From the IMG/VR virus record IMGVR_UViG_3300045988_169872, positions 1 through 41,635 of that record: a stretch of DNA of 41,635 bases, one strand, 5' to 3'. This DNA comes from a virus. This document shows positions 1 through 7,857 of this stretch, one piece after another (positions within the stretch are counted from its first letter, which is position 1; each line of letters opens with the position of its first letter). The translations under genes and the position numbers were made by a program. The notes under the pieces are model-generated. The model was not told the origin of the DNA and ran no database searches. It saw only the letters and a list, made by a program, of their open reading frames with translations.

Positions 1-119
1 GCTCGGGACATCTGAATGGATTCTATCAATTTCCTATGAATACTGGTGGAAATACTGGTGGAAAAATTAGACAGCGACCTGCAAGCCTTGCAATTATTGG
101 TTGTTAAACGTCCCGTAAA
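1..119. repeat. Terminal direct repeat, copy 1 (identical to 41517-41635)
   Basis: Read directly: gctcgggacatctgaatggattctatcaatttcc...gttaaacgtcccgtaaa occurs at both window ends. Confidence 0.95.
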
Positions 120-283
120 AACGCATTCTTATTGTGCGCAGGTAGTTTAAGGTGGTACAAGGTATTATAAGTTTTTCGTTCAAAATCAGGCGCAAGGCCT
201 CGTCAATTCCTACTCGTCACTTTAAGGTAGTGTAAGGTAGTTCATTTCGTTGTAAAGTAAGGCTGGTGGAAAAACTGGTGGCA
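41..283 (+). repeat. attP-like field of short phased direct repeats upstream of int (candidate arm-type Int/Xis/IHF sites)
   Basis: TACTGGTGGAAA x2 in tandem (41-52, 53-64). CTGGTGG x2 spaced 12 bp (263-269, 275-281). AAGGT(A/G)(G/T)T-like motif at about 10-bp phasing (139-166: aggtagt, aaggtggt, aaggtatt; 223-240: taaggtag x2; 252-262). Confidence 0.55.
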
Positions 284-319
284 GAACTTCTTACCACCAC
301 CTCCCAGGAGGTCTACTTT

Positions 320-1624
320 ATGGCGCGTCTCACACAAGCAAAACTCGCTTCTCTTCCCGATGGTCTCCATAACGACGGGTCGGTAGTCGGCCTTTATTAC
401 CGTGTCCGCGGTGAGTATCGCTCATGGGTCTTCCGGCGACAGATTGCCGGCAAGCGCATTGAACTCGGCATGGGCGGCGCGACAATGGATTTAGCCACTG
501 CCCGGCGGGAAGCCTCAAAACTTCGGGCACTCTCCGCAGACGATTTCTTGAAGCATCTTGAGGAGAAGGCCGCGGCCAAAGAGGAGGCGAAGCAGCAGGA
601 GAAGGCGTCCAAGATTCCGACGTTCAAAGAAGCCGCTCTTCTATATAGAGCACATAAACTCGAAGTTGGGGACTGGACGGAGGGCACTGGTACTGATCGG
701 GACTTTACGTCTAACTGGAAAAACCACGTGTTCCCTGTGTTGGGTGATATGAAGATCGATCAGATTGTCCCGAAGGATATGGTACAGCTTCAGAAAAACC
801 TACTCGATAAGCCCATTGTCTTTAACCGATGCCTTCGCTCAATCAAAGATACCTTCGATTGGATTTATGCCGAAGAGACCGATCGATGGATTAACCCCGC
901 CGATAAGAACGGGCCATTAAAGCACCTCTTGGGAAAGAACGATATTGAGACTGAAAATTATGGCGCGGTAAACGCAGAGGACTTGCCTGACTTTATCAAG
1001 GAATTAACCGAGAATCCGAACGATAGTGCAAAACTCTTTTTATTCTCAATTTTGACCGCTACCCGTTCAAAGACGGCGCGGCTTGCTAAATGGGAAGACA
1101 TTGATCTTAACGAGAAAGTATGGTGGGTTAAGCGCATCGATCTAAAAATAAAATCTAACGGCGCTCTTATTGTTCCGTTATCAGATCAGGCAATTGATAT
1201 TTTAAAAAGCGTTGGTATAAAAAAAGAAGGTTGGGTATTTGTGGGTGAAAAAGGCAATCATTACTGCCAGTCAATATTCTCGACATTAATTAAGGATGCG
1301 AATAAAGCCCGAAAGGCTGCAGGGTTGCCAATATGGATCGACAAAGCCCAGACAAAAGAGCGCGGCAAAAAAGATGATCCGATTATCCCCACCCAGCATG
1401 GCACTGCTCGCGGGACGTTCTGCACCTGGGCACTATCGGACGAATACGACAACGATCAGCGTTTTGATTCGCTGGTGGTGGAACAGGCGCTGCACCACAA
1501 GATCGACAAGAAATACAACGGCGCTTACAACCGGAATAAGTACCTGCGCCGGCGGCGCGAGCTGATGCAGGCGTGGGCGGATTTTTGCTTTAGTAAAGTA
1601 AAAACAGACGGAGAATCTAAATGA
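320..1624 (+). CDS. int: Tyrosine integrase, P4-type (arm-binding N-terminal domain plus catalytic core)
   Basis: Lies in ORF 266-1624. The ATG at 320 is preceded by AGGAGG (305-310); 266 is a GTG inside the repeat field. N-terminus is GLYYRVRGEYRSWVFRRQIAGKRIELGMG. Catalytic-type residues: ATRSKTARL (R), HGTARGTF (HxxR), LHHKIDKKYNGAYNRNKY (H, Y). Confidence 0.9.
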   Translation: MARLTQAKLASLPDGLHNDGSVVGLYYRVRGEYRSWVFRRQIAGKRIELGMGGATMDLATARREASKLRALSADDFLKHLEEKAAAKEEAKQQEKASKIPTFKEAALLYRAHKLEVGDWTEGTGTDRDFTSNWKNHVFPVLGDMKIDQIVPKDMVQLQKNLLDKPIVFNRCLRSIKDTFDWIYAEETDRWINPADKNGPLKHLLGKNDIETENYGAVNAEDLPDFIKELTENPNDSAKLFLFSILTATRSKTARLAKWEDIDLNEKVWWVKRIDLKIKSNGALIVPLSDQAIDILKSVGIKKEGWVFVGEKGNHYCQSIFSTLIKDANKARKAAGLPIWIDKAQTKERGKKDDPIIPTQHGTARGTFCTWALSDEYDNDQRFDSLVVEQALHHKIDKKYNGAYNRNKYLRRRRELMQAWADFCFSKVKTDGESK

Positions 1625-2559
1625 AGTATCTTGCAATCGCCTTGGCGGCCGCGGCACTTTTGTCGGGGTGCTCGTGGACAGGGGAAATCAGTCGGGATTT
1701 TTATGTTGGAAATTCGAGCGTTAATCAATATAAAGAAGATTCTGTAGTTGGCCTTATCCCGATTAAAACTAAAGATGTTAAATATGGTCAGTCGGTGGAT
1801 TATCGACTCGATGTAAATAATTTCATCTACGCGGTTCAGTCGGAATTTTTACAGCATTTTCGAAACGTTGTGGTAATTAAAAACGAGTCTGAATGCTCGG
1901 AGTGTGGATTATTTTCTCGTGCGTCAGCAGGCGTTTCAATAAATCAGAATGCAGAAACTTACCGGTCTTTCTTGCAGTGTGACTTTTACGATAGAAGCGG
2001 ACAATTCTTAACTCGTCTTTCGAGTACGTCCAGTGGCGACGCTTCTCCTTCTGCGGCATTAAATCGAAAGACGGCTGTAAATGGTTTCCTGCTCGGTGCT
2101 TTGGCGGCGTCAACAATCAGCGACTATGGCGAATTCCTCAAAGAGGTGAGCGAGAACGCGATCTCAGAGGTTGTGAGCGAAGTTGGAAGACAGATTCCAA
2201 ATGATCCGAAATTAAATACTTCATTGGCGTTGCAGATGGCGGCTGCAAAGGCAGCGGAAGATGCCGAACAAGAGGAGGCGCGGAAGGAAGCAAAGAAGCG
2301 GCTTGCTGAAATGGATCGCTGCGTTCAACGAACCATTCGGTCGATTGATGATGGGATTTCGGATGCAACGACGATTGCTCAGGAAGCGGGCAGACAGTGC
2401 AGTTTGTTTGTTGAAAGAACGATCAGGACGCTGTGTGCTTCTGAAAAGTTTTCTAGTGAAGAATGCCAAATGCTCGCAGATAGGATGAACACGGAAGATT
2501 TCTTTGAAAAAAGATTTACGAGATTTATTTTAAATTACAGAATAAAAAAGAATTTTTAA
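1621..2559 (+). CDS. Lipoprotein of unknown function (moron, translationally coupled to int)
   Basis: The ATG at 1621 overlaps the int stop (ATGA). Signal peptide with lipobox: MKYLAIALAAAALLSGC. Sampled 60-nt window 1741-1800 is about 38% GC by hand count, against about 65% at 5101-5160. Confidence 0.75.
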   Translation: MKYLAIALAAAALLSGCSWTGEISRDFYVGNSSVNQYKEDSVVGLIPIKTKDVKYGQSVDYRLDVNNFIYAVQSEFLQHFRNVVVIKNESECSECGLFSRASAGVSINQNAETYRSFLQCDFYDRSGQFLTRLSSTSSGDASPSAALNRKTAVNGFLLGALAASTISDYGEFLKEVSENAISEVVSEVGRQIPNDPKLNTSLALQMAAAKAAEDAEQEEARKEAKKRLAEMDRCVQRTIRSIDDGISDATTIAQEAGRQCSLFVERTIRTLCASEKFSSEECQMLADRMNTEDFFEKRFTRFILNYRIKKNF

Positions 2560-2570
2560 AGGATGCGTAA

Positions 2571-2861
2571 ATGTTTAAAAAGGTATTATTGGTAATTGGT
2601 GTAGTGTTCTTCGCTGGTTCTGTGTTTGCAAGCGTACACGTTGGCGGATATGTTCGGAAGAATGGGACTTATGTTGCTCCACATTTTCGAACGAATCCAA
2701 ATTACACACGGAACGATAATTGGTCTACTCGTGGAAATATTAACCCGTACACGGGGAAACGTGGTACAAAATCTCCTGATTACGGATATGGAACATCTCG
2801 CAGATATCGAGGATATTCTTATAAGCCATATTCTCGCCCGTCTTATAAATTCAAATATTAG
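2571..2861 (+). CDS. Small secreted basic Tyr/Arg-rich protein, unknown function
   Basis: Signal-peptide-like N-terminus MFKKVLLVIGVVFFAGSVFA. Contains a recurrent bacterial motif GGYVRKNGTYVAPHFRTNPN...GNINPYTGKRG. Followed by a hairpin terminator. Confidence 0.65.
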   Translation: MFKKVLLVIGVVFFAGSVFASVHVGGYVRKNGTYVAPHFRTNPNYTRNDNWSTRGNINPYTGKRGTKSPDYGYGTSRRYRGYSYKPYSRPSYKFKY

Positions 2862-2866
2862 AAAAT

Positions 2867-2892
2867 CCCCTCCACCCTCTCGGATGGCGGGG
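2867..2892. terminator. Hairpin between convergent genes (bidirectional terminator candidate)
   Basis: cccctccaccctctcggatggcgggg folds with cccc/gggg, cca/tgg and cc/gg pairs. Followed by accatttt on the + strand. Confidence 0.5.
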
Positions 2893-2918
2893 ACCATTTT
2901 CGTGACGCCGCGAAGATG

Positions 2919-3212
2919 TTAGGCTTGTCCGGCTGCGGGGAGGTTTATTGCCGAAGATTCAACCGCCATGCGGTGCAAGAATGCGGCGCAAAGCCCTACG
3001 AGGATAGCCCACTGGTCGTTTGGTTCGCCCGGCCATTTCCAAGCGACTTCGACAAGCAATTGACAAACGCCACCGTTGCCGACAACATTTGCTTTCTCAA
3101 TATCTGCCAAAATATTTGAGAGAAGCGCGGCGAAGTGTTCTTTGTGGGGCGACGGGCCAAACATTTTTTCTAAGTCGCCCGTCAGGGTTTCAATCAGATC
3201 GTCTTGATTCAT
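2919..3212 (-). CDS. Hypothetical protein (97 aa), last gene of the leftward operon
   Basis: ATG at 3212 with an AGGGGG Shine-Dalgarno, 10 nt after the antirepressor stop. No recognisable motif. Confidence 0.55.
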   Translation of the reverse strand: MNQDDLIETLTGDLEKMFGPSPHKEHFAALLSNILADIEKANVVGNGGVCQLLVEVAWKWPGEPNDQWAILVGLCAAFLHRMAVESSAINLPAAGQA

Positions 3213-3222
3213 GGTTCCCCCT

Positions 3223-4020
3223 TTATGCCGCCAATTCGAGATTGTCGTTTTTAGAAATTAACCCTTCTTTGAGAAGGCGTCCATAGAAGTAGAAGAGTCC
3301 TTTCCCGGTGATGTGCGGATACGGTTTCTTCTCAACGGAATCATCGTCGTGCGTGATTTTTGCGAAGCGCGTCACCATGTAGCCCTTTTCGATGGCGTAC
3401 TGAGTCGCCTGGTTCGCCTGCTTATATAAGAAACCGTTCAAGCGAAGCCAATCGAAAAATTTGCGCGGGCCGATGCCCAGGGTTTTTGCGGCCACAGTGA
3501 TGGTGACTTCGGTGTCGCCGGACGTAACGGAATTGGCGAAGGTAACCTTTGGCGCGTTGACTGAGGCTTGTTCAACTAACTTCTGATTGGCGGCTTCAAG
3601 TTCTTCATTCTTTTTGCTGATTTGGCTCAACTCTAAGAAGAGTTCGGATTTCGGCTTCGCCAACATTGCGGCCATAGGATTGCCATAACTTCCCGTCTTT
3701 CGGATCGTGGGGAGAACTTCACCGCATACCCAGTCTTGGAATCGTTCGGCGGACTCAAGTTGAGACCGCATAATCAGGCGGTAGAGGTTTTGTTCGTTGA
3801 TGAAAGAAGTGCTTTGTTTTCTACCGAGATTATCGATGGCCTCACGTTTCGTGATGCCATCTTTGCGGCAGTGCTTCCGGAGGGCTTCGCTCGGATTGCC
3901 GTAGCCGAGAGCCTTGCAAACATCGGCGGCGCAGAAAAGCGGTTCGCCGTTTTCAACGATGATGCGGATGTCGTAGGCTTCGAAAGCGAAGGTCTGGGTG
4001 AGTTCGTTTGTCATTTTCAT
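3223..4020 (-). CDS. Antirepressor, Bro-N domain plus KilA-C/ANT C-terminal domain
   Basis: Bro-N-like FAFEAYDIRIIVENGEPLFCAADVCKALGYGNPSEALRKHC...NEQNLYRLIMRSQLESAERFQDWVCGEVLPTIRKTG. C-terminal VAAKTLGIGPRKFFDWLRLNGFLYK...YAIEKGYM. The ATG at 4020 overlaps the upstream stop (ATGA); the ATG at 4014 has better SD spacing. Confidence 0.85.
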   Translation of the reverse strand: MKMTNELTQTFAFEAYDIRIIVENGEPLFCAADVCKALGYGNPSEALRKHCRKDGITKREAIDNLGRKQSTSFINEQNLYRLIMRSQLESAERFQDWVCGEVLPTIRKTGSYGNPMAAMLAKPKSELFLELSQISKKNEELEAANQKLVEQASVNAPKVTFANSVTSGDTEVTITVAAKTLGIGPRKFFDWLRLNGFLYKQANQATQYAIEKGYMVTRFAKITHDDDSVEKKPYPHITGKGLFYFYGRLLKEGLISKNDNLELAA

Positions 4021-4289
4021 TTCTCCGTCTCGTTTACAAGGAGTTCGGCGCATTCGAGGATCGATGCGGCGGATTTGATGACGCTGAGAAGCCCTGCGGT
4101 GGAAAGCATCTGGCTATCGCTTTCGGCCGAATCGGCTGCGGCGATGAGGATGTTCTTGGCTTCGGAACACGACATAACCGCGTAGTCCTTGGCTTCGCCG
4201 GAGGTCAGCTGGTGTTTGATGAGCGCCGTGATGGCGAACGGGAGATTGAATGTTGACGGCTGCGTTTGAGCAGCAGAGATCACTTGCAT
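4017..4289 (-). CDS. Hypothetical protein (90 aa); the track ORF extends to 4562 but the upstream part looks non-coding
   Basis: ATG at 4289 with GGAG 8 nt upstream. Hand-counted GC3 is about 70% for 4017-4289 and about 55% for 4290-4562. Confidence 0.5.
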   Translation of the reverse strand: MQVISAAQTQPSTFNLPFAITALIKHQLTSGEAKDYAVMSCSEAKNILIAAADSAESDSQMLSTAGLLSVIKSAASILECAELLVNETEK

Positions 4290-4555
4290 AGCAAGACTCC
4301 AATGTAAGCTGATGGAGCCTCGCGCCATTTTCTCAGGATGGTGAGCGAGGCACGGCGGGTTGAGAAAACCGCTACATTGGAAACGGCCACCATAAAGGTA
4401 TCCGCCGGCCTCACTCGTCAAGAAGTGATGTCCACGCACAAAAAATCCGCTCATACGAACGTAAGGCGGCTGTGCGCCAATGCATTCGGGTTTCTCAGGC
4501 CCGGTTCGGTAGTTCAACCGAACGCGGGCATTATGCGCGGATTCCTGTGCGTTTG

Positions 4556-4768
4556 TCAACATCCGAGATCTCTCCGGAATCGCTCAAGGTCAGGTGCTGC
4601 AATGCGAAAGCCTTTCCCAAACTTTGTCGCCTTCAGGCGAATGTCGCTTTTGTACGCGCGGGCTTTACCCTTGTCGTAAAAGATTCCTTTGATCCAATTG
4701 CGCACGGTCTGTTCGCAGACTCGGAACATCTCAGCGACTTCTTTAACTGTGTACCAAACGGTCTGCAT
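4556..4768 (-). CDS. Excisionase/AlpA-like helix-turn-helix DNA-binding protein
   Basis: MQTVWYTVKEVAEMFRVCEQTVRNWIKG matches the excisionase-type (MerR-like) HTH pattern. GAGGAG Shine-Dalgarno upstream. Confidence 0.7.
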   Translation of the reverse strand: MQTVWYTVKEVAEMFRVCEQTVRNWIKGIFYDKGKARAYKSDIRLKATKFGKGFRIAAPDLERFRRDLGC

Positions 4769-4815
4769 CTTTACTCCTCAGGTGGGGTACAAGTTGTACC
4801 CCGCCTCTTCAGTTG

Positions 4816-5676
4816 TTAGGCAGGTTCTGCGACGGGAGCGGGTTCTTCCTCTTCCGGAAGAATCTCGATGCCTACGCCCTTCTCGGTAGCGATCCCGTCG
4901 ATCACGTCGGACGCGGTGACGGCTTCGCCGCGGTCGGTCTTCTCGTCAACTTCTACGGCGCGCTGCGCTTCGATGCTGACGGGGAGGAGCTTGAACAACC
5001 GGCGTATCACAGTCTTTTTCGCCATTTCGTCCCAGTGAGTAGCCCACGGGCCTTTTGTGCCGGCCTTCGACTGAGTGCGCACGGCTTCGATTTCAGCGCG
5101 GCTCATCACGTCAAACTGGAAGCCGCCGCCGACAAGACGGGCCACGGCGTAGACGTGGGTCACGGGGCCTCGGTCGGCCATAGCTGCAGGGACGTGCCGG
5201 CAGTCCTCGTGCAGGCCGAATTCGTAGTGGAACTCGTCGGCCTCGTGCACGCAGTGAGCGGAGATCGAAACGATCTGTCCGGAACGGCGGGCAAGGTCGA
5301 TCATGCCGCGGTAGCCGATAATCAGCTGCGCATTCGGGCGGCCGTCGGAAGCCTTGCCATTGCCGAAAGGGAGCAGGTAGCAGTGGCCCAGGGCCGAGCC
5401 GGGTTCAAGCCCCAACTGGGCGCACTGCAGTACGCACCCGTAGAACGACGCCGGGGAACAATTGAGGAGCGCCGGCGTCTTGCGGCATTCGCTCATGACG
5501 ATACGTGTCAGGCGTTCCGGGGTGAGGGACTTCGGCAGGGCCAAGGCCATTTGCTTCTGAAACGCTTTACCGGTCACCACGTCCAGCAGAGAGCCTTCGT
5601 TCGTGGCCTTGACGGCGACGGCCTTCTTAGCCGCAGCGGGGTTGACTTTTTCAAGGAGAGCGTCGGTAGTAGACAT
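4816..5676 (-). CDS. recT: RecT-family single-strand annealing recombinase
   Basis: LGLEPGSALGHCYLLPFGNGKASDGRPNAQLIIGYRGMIDLARRSGQI is a typical RecT core. Adjacent to a YqaJ exonuclease. Confidence 0.9.
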   Translation of the reverse strand: MSTTDALLEKVNPAAAKKAVAVKATNEGSLLDVVTGKAFQKQMALALPKSLTPERLTRIVMSECRKTPALLNCSPASFYGCVLQCAQLGLEPGSALGHCYLLPFGNGKASDGRPNAQLIIGYRGMIDLARRSGQIVSISAHCVHEADEFHYEFGLHEDCRHVPAAMADRGPVTHVYAVARLVGGGFQFDVMSRAEIEAVRTQSKAGTKGPWATHWDEMAKKTVIRRLFKLLPVSIEAQRAVEVDEKTDRGEAVTASDVIDGIATEKGVGIEILPEEEEPAPVAEPA

Positions 5677-5743
5677 TATGTGTACCTTCTAAAATGGGCG
5701 GGGCTGGAAGCCCCTGCCCTGAGTGAGTGAAAAGGGATTGCGA

Positions 5744-6766
5744 CTAAAACACCCGGAGAATCCGAGACGGCTCAGACCGTCCTGCGTACTTGGCCCAAAG
5801 TTCGGGGTCATCAGCCTTCAGATGTTTGGCGTTGAACGTCGCGCGGGACTGAGACTTGAAGGTGGCTGCCTTCTCGCCACCGATGAGGATTCCTTCGTTT
5901 TCACCGATGAACCCTGCAATCTTTGTGGCGACGGCCTCCATCTGATCTTTGATGCTGGTGGCCTTGTCCTTCAGCTGGCGGTATTCGCCGATAGCGATGG
6001 CCGCTTCCGGAGTGGCTTCAACCATGGGGCCGACTTCCCGGCGGTACAGGTGCCGGATGTCGTCCAGGTCTTTCGGTTCCGGTGCCTTGCCTCCGAGGAC
6101 GTTGTCGAACCAAAAAGCCCGCAGCGTGGAAACGATGGCGTTGATGGCGTCTTCGTTTCGGTCGACCTTGTACATACGGAAGTCGTTTCCTCCGATGAGG
6201 ACGGCTACGTAGCAGACGTGAACCCCGGTTAGTCGCATGTACCACTGAACCTGCGTTTCGTAGTACAGCGGGATTTCGTGTTCGGTGACGATCTTTCCGG
6301 CCTTGATCTCGTCTTCCTGGGATTCGCCCCAGAGTCCGGACGCATAGGCGGACGCGGTCTTGCATTCCAGGATTGCGTCCGTCGTGATGAGCGCTTCGCC
6401 CTCCTTCGGATTTTTGGCCGGCCGCACGTTCTTCTGAATCTCCGGCATGACGACGGCGCGGTCGATGTTGGCCCGCATCCAGTCGCCTTCACCGTCGACG
6501 AACGTGTAGCCCACGCGCTGAACCCGCATGCCGGTGCGTTCCTGAAATTCCTTGGCGACGATGTCTTCCAGGATGGTGCCGAAGTGCATGGAATCCGTGG
6601 CCGGCTGTGGTTCGCCTTCGCCGCGTTTGTCATGCCACAGTTCGACCGGCGTGCGCCACGGGGAAAGCCCCAGGGCTGCAGCCACGTCAGAGCCGCCGAT
6701 GCCCTTTGTTCGCTGTTGCAACCACTCTTCGCGGGCGAGTCCGGTGATGGGGATGAGTCTTGTCAT
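5744..6766 (-). CDS. YqaJ-like (lambda Exo-type, PD-(D/E)XK) recombination exonuclease
   Basis: N-terminal WLQQRTKGIGGSDVAAALGLSPWRTPVELW is the YqaJ signature. Paired with recT. Confidence 0.88.
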   Translation of the reverse strand: MTRLIPITGLAREEWLQQRTKGIGGSDVAAALGLSPWRTPVELWHDKRGEGEPQPATDSMHFGTILEDIVAKEFQERTGMRVQRVGYTFVDGEGDWMRANIDRAVVMPEIQKNVRPAKNPKEGEALITTDAILECKTASAYASGLWGESQEDEIKAGKIVTEHEIPLYYETQVQWYMRLTGVHVCYVAVLIGGNDFRMYKVDRNEDAINAIVSTLRAFWFDNVLGGKAPEPKDLDDIRHLYRREVGPMVEATPEAAIAIGEYRQLKDKATSIKDQMEAVATKIAGFIGENEGILIGGEKAATFKSQSRATFNAKHLKADDPELWAKYAGRSEPSRILRVF

Positions 6767-6775
6767 TTTTTTTAC

Positions 6776-6826
6776 CTATGCCGCTTCGCGGCTGTCTTCG
6801 TTGATTGCGTTGTGGTAGTTGGTCAT
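6776..6826 (-). CDS. Possible 16-aa micro-ORF (MTNYHNAINEDSREAA)
   Basis: GGAG 5 nt upstream of the ATG at 6826. GC3 12/16 by hand count. Below the ORF-track threshold. Confidence 0.25.
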   Translation of the reverse strand: MTNYHNAINEDSREAA

Positions 6827-6834
6827 GGGGGCTC

Positions 6835-7074
6835 CTAGTCGAGGTTGAGTTCGTCCATCAGGCGTGAGAACTCGTCTTCTGTTAAGGCGTAGGAGTTCGA
6901 TACTTCTCTGCGGCTTGCGTCGCTCACTGAAACGGTATGCAGCTCGGTGTAGACGAAGTAGCTTTGGCTGCCGCTCTCGAACACCATCACGCGTTCAAGC
7001 GGGTAGACGTTGAGCGGCTTCCAGGAGCTGGCGTCTCGGATCAAATCTTCGTTGTGGTTGCTGAGATCAATCAT
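6835..7074 (-). CDS. Hypothetical early protein (79 aa)
   Basis: ATG at 7074 with GGAG 6 nt upstream. No recognisable motif. Confidence 0.6.
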   Translation of the reverse strand: MIDLSNHNEDLIRDASSWKPLNVYPLERVMVFESGSQSYFVYTELHTVSVSDASRREVSNSYALTEDEFSRLMDELNLD

Positions 7075-7113
7075 TTCTTTCTCCGGTAAGGCAGGGCGCT
7101 CACCATCTCGTTT

Positions 7114-7197
7114 CTAGTAGCCGGGCAGGGAAAGCAGGGTGTACATGAGGACGATGAAGCCCGCGGCCGCAATGGCGTTCTCGAACCATTCGTTCAT
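7114..7197 (-). CDS. Possible 27-aa hydrophobic peptide (MNEWFENAIAAAGFIVLMYTLLSLPGY)
   Basis: Not in the ORF track (too short). The ATG at 7197 overlaps the stop of the upstream gene (ATGA). GC3 24/27 by hand count. One predicted membrane helix. Confidence 0.45.
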   Translation of the reverse strand: MNEWFENAIAAAGFIVLMYTLLSLPGY

Positions 7198-7652
7198 ACC
7201 AGCCCCCATTTGATCCTGTAGAGCGTCGTCACGTTTTTAATCAGCTCTCCGAGGATGCCGACGGCTTTGTTTGCGTCCTCTGGGATGCTGCGGCCTTCTT
7301 CGAGCGTTGAGGCCAGGTGCGAGAGCTCGGTCGTCAGGGTGTAGATGCTGTGGCAGGCGGCTTCCTGATCGATCGCGATTACTTCTTCGTCTTTGGCCTG
7401 AGTTACCGGTACTTCGCCTTCCGGCGGGATCGGCGCACCTTCGGGCTTGCTGCTTTCGCCGACGCCGCAAAGGTTGGTGATGTCGTTCAAGTGGTTAACG
7501 GCTTCCCAGATGCGGTTTTCCAGCGTCCGCAGGGCGGCGCGCCAAATATCTCGGTGCTTGGGCTCGCACTTCTGGTTGACGAGCTCCTGGAGTTCGTTTG
7601 CGCGGTCAACGATGAGACGCGCGGTTTCACGGGGTGTGAGGGTGATGGTCAT
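7194..7652 (-). CDS. Hypothetical protein (152 aa), first gene of the leftward early operon
   Basis: ATG at 7652 with AGGAGG upstream. Lies downstream of the PL-like promoter. No recognisable motif. Confidence 0.65.
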   Translation of the reverse strand: MTITLTPRETARLIVDRANELQELVNQKCEPKHRDIWRAALRTLENRIWEAVNHLNDITNLCGVGESSKPEGAPIPPEGEVPVTQAKDEEVIAIDQEAACHSIYTLTTELSHLASTLEEGRSIPEDANKAVGILGELIKNVTTLYRIKWGLV

Positions 7653-7700
7653 GTTGCCTCCTGGTGGTTTTGTTTAGATGAGTTCGAATTACTCATCGGT

Positions 7701-7712
7701 GTACCCGAAATT
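7701..7712 (-). promoter_or_regulatory. Candidate operator copy at PL (AATTTCGGGTAC on the minus strand)
   Basis: 10/13 identity over the 13-nt stretch 7701-7713 to GTACCCATAATTG at 8649-8661. Overlaps the -10 and start region of the PL-like promoter. Confidence 0.4.
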
Positions 7713-7739
7713 AAACCACAGCACTAACCTGCTTGTCAA
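7710..7739 (-). promoter_or_regulatory. PL-like sigma70 promoter for the leftward early operon
   Basis: Minus strand reads TTGACA (7739-7734), an 18-nt spacer ending in TGg, then TTTAAT (7715-7710). Confidence 0.55.
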
Positions 7740-7803
7740 CTATAAAAGATGACTTCAGGGTATTCTGGTTAGGTGACCGGTTTTTGATAGGAGTCAAAAA
7801 GGC

Positions 7804-7830
7804 AACAAAAAAGCCCGCAGTGCGCGGGCT
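7804..7830 (-). terminator. Rho-independent terminator after the repressor gene
   Basis: Minus strand: AGCCCGC-GCACU-GCGGGCU followed by UUUUUUGUUG. Confidence 0.75.
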
Positions 7831-7857
7831 TGAGATTTGATGAACAATGGAATTTTA

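Noticed and set aside
266-319. GTG-initiated N-terminal extension of the integrase (track ORF start at 266).
   Set aside because: It lies inside the CTGGTGG repeat field. The ATG at 320 has a consensus AGGAGG SD, and homologous P4-type integrases begin near MARLT.
4290-4562. N-terminal 91 aa of the 181-aa track ORF.
   Set aside because: GC3 is lower by hand count, the composition is implausible, and a good internal SD-ATG exists at 4289. It is kept as an open question in the findings, because the ATG at 4562 does overlap the upstream stop.
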